Both the position numbers and the translations under genes were made by a program. A stretch of 35,182 nt of DNA, filler included, from an uncultured virus (IMG/VR IMGVR_UViG_2049941000_000112) (Duplodnaviria; Heunggongvirae; Uroviricota; Caudoviricetes). It is 14 parts of one record of this genome, joined end to end, with 100 filler letters (N's around TTAATTAATTAA, not from the genome) between each part and the next. Parts side by side here need not be neighbours in the genome. Positions count along the whole stretch, not along the records: positions 28,987 to 31,327 come from IMGVR_UViG_2049941000_000112; positions 31,428 to 33,596 come from IMGVR_UViG_2049941000_000112; positions 33,697 to 34,961 come from IMGVR_UViG_2049941000_000112; positions 35,062 to 35,182 come from IMGVR_UViG_2049941000_000112; 10 more parts are not named here. One strand, 5' to 3'. The stretch's first letter is position 1. The number at the start of each line of letters is the position of its first letter. The notes beneath the pieces were generated by a model. It made no database searches, had not been told where the DNA came from, and was given only the letters and a program-made list of their open reading frames with translations. Of this stretch, positions 30,878 through 35,182 are shown piece by piece.

Positions 30878-31251
30878 TTCACCTCCAGAACACGTATCCC
30901 ATACTTCTCGAGCATCAACTTACGCTTGATCGTAAACACGGCATAAGCACCGCCCCTGCGGTAACCCTTGACATCCTCGACCACGGTCTCGCCGTCCTGC
31001 TCATACTGAAAATCCGCTATATATGAGCACTTACGCTCGATCACTCTGCCGGGCTTATGCTTACCCGTCTTGGTGATGATGTCGGGCTCCCTCTGTATGG
31101 GAATCAGTTCATACTCGACCTGCCTGCAGAGGTTCTTGATCTGTCCGGTATCAACTAAATGGATGAGAAAAAGATACCTGCGGTACTCCCTCTTGGAATC
31201 CCACATCTCACCATCAGCCATAAAACGCTTTGCGTTATACTTGCTTTTCAT
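30874..31251 (-). CDS. DUF1064-family endonuclease-like protein
   Basis: KYNAK...DSKRE...YIADFQY...VVEDVKG; follows an ssb C-terminus at 31248-31327. Confidence 0.85.
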   Translation of the reverse strand: MKSKYNAKRFMADGEMWDSKREYRRYLFLIHLVDTGQIKNLCRQVEYELIPIQREPDIITKTGKHKPGRVIERKCSYIADFQYEQDGETVVEDVKGYRRGGAYAVFTIKRKLMLEKYGIRVLEVK

Positions 31252-31427
31252 GTAAACGGCAACTCCTCTCCATCGGGAATATCCATAAAGCCCTGTGCAT
31301 CGGGCTCGGGTGCCTTGGGCTGACTTTNNNNNNNNNNNNNNNNNNNNNNNNNNNNNNNNNNNNNNNNNNNNTTAATTAATTAANNNNNNNNNNNNNNNNN
31401 NNNNNNNNNNNNNNNNNNNNNNNNNNN

Positions 31428-31755
31428 ACAAGATGACCTTGCCAAAAAGCTGAATATAAGCCGCCAGGCTATTGCAAAATATGAATCGGGTGAGATCAAA
31501 CGTATTAACCGTGATCTAATCAATAGGATGGCTGTAATCTTCGGATGTCAGCCTGCATGGCTAATGAATCTCGATGATGCCCGTGATGTTACTCTTACAT
31601 ACCATGCTCCTGGCAAGGAGCCTATAGTAACTGCCGTAAAAGGCACTCCGATTATAGGCGTAGAAAGCCTGCGTGCTCAACTGTACCATGCCGCCGTAGG
31701 AGTCAAGCCCGAGAACCTGCAGGTAGCCATAGAATTATTAAAATCATTATCATAG
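31428..31755 (+). CDS. XRE-family prophage repressor (start MKTMGTR probably at 33577)
   Basis: QDDLAKKLNISRQAIAKYESG...FGCQPAWLM. Confidence 0.85.
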
Positions 31756-31762
31756 GAGATAC

Positions 31763-31823
31763 ATGAAAAAGAAAAAAGGAACCAATGTCTATGAAAAGAA
31801 AATAACCCTCGGCCGTGCCCCGG
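31763..31823 (+). CDS. int: integrase N-terminus (arm-binding region)
   Basis: AGGAG RBS; MKKKKGTNVYEKKITLGRAP directly after the repressor. Confidence 0.6.
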
Positions 31824-31833
31824 NNNNNNNNNN

Positions 31834-32032
31834 TGTCGGTCTTGCATAACCATACCAACGCCACCGCTACTACCACCATCACGCCACCGCAGATAAGTAT
31901 CTTCTTGAAACCCTCTGCCAACGGGATCGCATCCTGCTCAACACCGCCTGCGATACCCCACAGCGTAATGAAAGCTACAAACTCAATAAGCGTAAACAAT
32001 GTACCGAAAAAATCTCTGATCGTATCCGTCAT
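31834..32032 (-). CDS. small two-TM membrane protein
   Basis: Two hydrophobic segments; GAAAGG RBS. Confidence 0.65.
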
Positions 32033-32205
32033 ACTGCTACCTGCCTTTCGATATAAGCCTTAAATTTGTCCGGGTCTATCCAGAACTTGCCATTCGGCAC
32101 GAACTGTACCGCAAACCGCTGACCTCGTGCGTGACACTTGTTGCGAACATCGTCAACCTTAAACCCGAACATCGCCGCAACCTCTTTAACGCTCTTGTAC
32201 TTCAT
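32029..32205 (-). CDS. excisionase-like winged HTH protein
   Basis: MKYKSVKEVAAMFG...GKFWIDPDKFKAYI. Confidence 0.65.
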   Translation of the reverse strand: MKYKSVKEVAAMFGFKVDDVRNKCHARGQRFAVQFVPNGKFWIDPDKFKAYIERQVAV

Positions 32206-32284
32206 TTGACACTCCCTCCTGCAGGTGCTATAATTGACCTGCAATTAATTTTGCTTGCCTGCCATGACATAACCCTCGCAAAGT

Positions 32285-32920
32285 TTACATGGTGGGCTTT
32301 TTGTGACTTGCGGAATCCAACGCCCGTTCCGCACTTAACCCCATTACATCAATCCGATGTCTGATCGTAGAATGATGTAGTCCGGTAATTCGACTCCATT
32401 CAGCTAATGTTCTCGTTACTCCGTTGCACGTTATTAAACGATTATCCGAGCGGTTACTTGCTTGAACATCCATACCTACCCACCTACAATTTGATGGTTC
32501 GTAATCCTTGCCAGAATTAATACGGTCAATGCTCAAATCATCCTGGTAACCATGACTTAATGCCCAATCCCTAAACGATTCGAATTTCAGCCATTCATCA
32601 CATACTTTAATGCCCTTGGCACCATACCACTTGTATCCTCGGATGGCAGGATTACTACATCGTTCCCTCATATTGCACCAAATCCCAAATAAACGGGTTT
32701 TTGATTGTCCATGGATCGTGTGATAATCTGCCGCTCTTCTTCTCTGTAAGCATCCACACGAATGTGTATGCCCACTCCTCAAGTGACTAATATCTGTAAT
32801 AAAAACGTTTCCGCAATTGCATTGGCACTTCCATAAACTCTTGCGGCTACTGCTCCTGCCGACATATTCTAATGCGACAGCCTCTCCAAAACGTTGTCCG
32901 GTAATATCTAACCGCCCCAT
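32285..32920 (-). CDS. free-standing HNH-type homing endonuclease
   Basis: DITGQRFG...WKCQCNCG...SCGC...YGAKGIKVCDEW...SIDRINSGKDYEPSNCRW. Confidence 0.85.
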   Translation of the reverse strand: MGRLDITGQRFGEAVALEYVGRSSSRKSLWKCQCNCGNVFITDISHLRSGHTHSCGCLQRRRAADYHTIHGQSKTRLFGIWCNMRERCSNPAIRGYKWYGAKGIKVCDEWLKFESFRDWALSHGYQDDLSIDRINSGKDYEPSNCRWVGMDVQASNRSDNRLITCNGVTRTLAEWSRITGLHHSTIRHRIDVMGLSAERALDSASHKKPTM

Positions 32921-32976
32921 GCACTCTCCTTTCCTATGTGCTACGATTGATTGCTATCAAGTAGCATTTGCCACGA

Positions 32977-33207
32977 TTAATTGCACGTACGGGTAAAAAA
33001 AATACGCTGAATGTCTTTCGCATTAAGTTTGTATCTCAATGCGACCGCTTCAATCTCGGGCTGTTTAAAAGGCACGGAACCGTTCATCCTGGCAGATAAG
33101 CCGGATGGAGTAATACCCAAAGCCATCGCCAGATCTTCCTGTCGATCACCATAACGTGCCATAGCCGCACGCAACTCATTCTTATTCACACAAACACCTC
33201 CTTTCAA
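32977..33207 (-). CDS. Cro-like HTH regulator
   Basis: RQEDLAMALGITPSGLSARMNG..F; true start is likely the GTG of VNKNEL after AAAGGAGGTG. Confidence 0.85.
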   Translation of the reverse strand: MKGGVCVNKNELRAAMARYGDRQEDLAMALGITPSGLSARMNGSVPFKQPEIEAVALRYKLNAKDIQRIFFTRTCN

Positions 33208-33392
33208 TAATATCCAGGCTTGATCAAGTGTGCTTCCTCGTCCTCACACCTCTGAACTGTGTTTGCTCTCGGGTCTATCTTACGAACTTTAGCAAGAGCA
33301 TCATCAACGGATTCAGCATCAACACAATAAATAATCTCATCCCTCTTATACCATACCTTGTAAAGTTTCATAATACACACCTCATTCCACAC
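33204..33392 (-). CDS. hypothetical early protein
   Basis: GAGGTG RBS before MKLYKVWY; first gene of the leftward operon. Confidence 0.6.
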   Translation of the reverse strand: MWNEVCIMKLYKVWYKRDEIIYCVDAESVDDALAKVRKIDPRANTVQRCEDEEAHLIKPGYY

Positions 33393-33443
33393 TTGATTGT
33401 CTTATGCCACCGTAAAGCAACTGTAACTTGTCCTTACGCCACC

Positions 33444-33472
33444 ATATTACACGATAACATAACATTTGTCAA
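33444..33472 (-). promoter_or_regulatory. sigma70/SigA promoter for the lytic early operon
   Basis: TTGACA-17 nt-TAATAT on the minus strand. Confidence 0.75.
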
Positions 33473-33511
33473 GAATTTATTTCGTTTGTCCGCAACTTTT
33501 TTCTTTACGGC

Positions 33512-33540
33512 TTGATTTATTTCGTTGACAATGGTATAGT
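33512..33540 (+). promoter_or_regulatory. sigma70/SigA promoter for the repressor
   Basis: TTGATT-17 nt-TATAGT with extended -10 TGn; GGAGGT RBS and ATG at 33577. Confidence 0.7.
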
Positions 33541-33696
33541 TATCATGTCGCAGTATCCATGTGGAGGTAGTGTCTTATGAAAACAATGGGAACCCGNNNN
33601 NNNNNNNNNNNNNNNNNNNNNNNNNNNNNNNNNNNNNNNNTTAATTAATTAANNNNNNNNNNNNNNNNNNNNNNNNNNNNNNNNNNNNNNNNNNNN

Positions 33697-33876
33697 AGAC
33701 ATAGAGTCATGCATATAATCCTCTGAATAGCCATCCATAGCCTCAATGGTCTTGATAGATTTCAAGGTATGCGATAACTTGTCAAGGGTATCAAGAGATG
33801 AACTGTTAAGTTCCTTTCTCTCGGCAATACGATCTATCTCGTCACAAAGCATCATTTCTAACTCTTTATAATCCAT
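33697..33876 (-). CDS. helical hypothetical protein (post-lysis cassette, truncated)
   Basis: MDYKELEMMLCDEIDRIAERKEL...LDKLSHTLKSIKTIEAM. Confidence 0.8.
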
Positions 33877-33888
33877 GACAGCACCCCC

Positions 33889-34562
33889 TTATGTAGCAGG
33901 TGTGACAGGATTAGCCACGGTGTACGCCGGAATAGGGTACGGAGCCACCCTGTTAACAATATACTGCGTCTGTGCGGTATTGTCTGCGATAAGAGCCGCC
34001 GTCTGTGCGGTCTGTGATGCAGAGAGGTTAAGCATATTAACCTGGTTCTGAAGTGCGATGTTGGCCGCCTTAAGGTTGTCAATCTCCTGCTGACACATCT
34101 TGTCGAGGATAGCCTGTGTCTGCTCCTGGATCGCAAGTCTTGTAGCCGCACCCTCGTTCTGAACTATGTTCTGTGTCTGACAGGTCGCTAAACGGTTATC
34201 ACAACAGCATTGTGCTAACTGACTTGATAATCCGGTCATTCCGCTTGTAACCGCAGTCTGTGCCGCAAAACTTCTCTCCAGGGATGCGATCTCGTTGCCG
34301 TAAAGCTGACTTGCGATAGCGTTCTGTGCTCCGTTGATGCTTGCATTCACGCCTGCAAAACCTCCGCAGAGTGCGGTCTGCATATCACCAAAACCGGATG
34401 TGATACTGTTCTGAATAGAGTTAACAGATGAATTGAGCATGGAATCTCTGAATCCATCGTTGATCTGGTTTGAATTGTTCAGCCAGGGATACATATTGTT
34501 TCCACCGCCGAAACCACCATTGCCACCCCAACCATTAAAGCAGAGTAACAACAGGATAATCC
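33889..34562 (-). CDS. Gly-rich/hydrophobic plus coiled-coil QCCCD protein, exon 2
   Basis: IILLLLCFNGWGGNGGFGG...QLAQCCCDNR...PYPIPAY; no RBS and an in-frame TAA at 34585-34587. Confidence 0.8.
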
Positions 34563-34961
34563 CAAATGTTATCGTAAAGGCTTTTTATCCTCTACTTCTT
34601 ACGCTTACTTATTCGCGTAAGTTCAGCATATCTTTTCAATTTGCAAATGACAATTATTCCCTTTGCAAATTGTCGCGGTCTCGTGGGTTTCCTTTTTAGG
34701 AATACATGCTTTATACATGCTGTATTATATTCCTACAGGTACATGAATTGATGATTTTTGTATTTGTTTCGTTTTCCGCTCAAAACTCTATGTATAGAGC
34801 CTTTGTTCGTGCAAAAATATCTTGCGCACTCCGACAAACTCTCAAATGTAATCGATGTTCCATCGTCAATGCTAACCGCTTTTATCGGCTTATTCTGCAC
34901 CTTCAAATTTGTGCTTCTTGCGTGGGAGTCATTTTCTTTTGCCGTCACCCATATAAGCCGC
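34563..34961 (-). ncRNA. group I intron (IA-like), 3' half, carrying an HNH endonuclease gene
   Basis: P8-like 11-bp hairpin 34637-34672, then AAGAUAUGCUGAAC, two P9-like hairpins, and GAUAACAUUUG (terminal G) at the exon boundary. Confidence 0.8.
34733..34961 (-). CDS. intron-encoded HNH/NUMOD1-type homing endonuclease, C-terminal fragment
   Basis: LIWVTAKENDSHA (HNH end) plus FESLSECARYF...IHRVLSG (NUMOD1-like HTH). Confidence 0.78.
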
Positions 34962-35061
34962 NNNNNNNNNNNNNNNNNNNNNNNNNNNNNNNNNNNNNNN
35001 NNNNNTTAATTAATTAANNNNNNNNNNNNNNNNNNNNNNNNNNNNNNNNNNNNNNNNNNNN

Positions 35062-35182
35062 ATATCCCTCACATAATGCTTTACAACCGCTTTCTTTTTT
35101 GTAATTGCTTAATGTTGCATAGAATATCGCACCACCACTCCAATACGTCCATGATAAATCGCCCAAATCAACAGCATCACCC
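35062..35182 (-). CDS. tail fibre allele A continuation
   Basis: 35162-35182 is identical to 4372-4392; GDAVDLGDLSWTY. Confidence 0.75.

Noticed and set aside
32206..32976. Possible intron around the HNH gene 32285..32920
   Set aside because: Flanking genes are intact and no group I core or 3' hairpin pattern is seen
1..35182. Stop-codon reassignment, tRNA genes, CRISPR arrays
   Set aside because: Core genes are open in the standard code with TAA, TAG and TGA all used as stops; no cloverleaf or repeat-spacer pattern was recognised

Overview
This window is a fragmented, shuffled assembly of a temperate tailed phage (siphovirus-like, probably with a Clostridia/Lachnospiraceae-type Firmicutes host; the host is inferred from gene families). 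Contigs are joined by N-runs and TTAATTAATTAA linkers. Many genes are split and out of order, and several loci (ssb, metK, MuF, tail fibre, NinB-like) occur as 2-3 diverged alleles, so at least two related phages are co-assembled. Modules present: lysogeny (tyrosine integrase, XRE repressor, Cro-like gene, divergent promoters), recombination/replication (DUF1351, ERF, NinB-like, SSB, DUF1064), a pre-packaging block (Com-like Zn ribbon, HExxH peptidase, ParB-DNA methylase, compact SAM synthetase), terminase/portal/MuF/head/tail genes, and holin-endolysin. Most notable observations: (1) a six-gene post-lysis cassette of unknown function that can be rebuilt from scattered fragments; (2) a group I intron with an HNH homing endonuclease interrupting one gene of that cassette; (3) alternative MuF C-terminal toxin domains with a putative immunity gene; (4) two related GCACG-loop terminator hairpins that may be targets of the Com-like protein; (5) a likely -1 ribosomal frameshift extending the major capsid protein. 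All family calls come from recalled motifs, not database searches.
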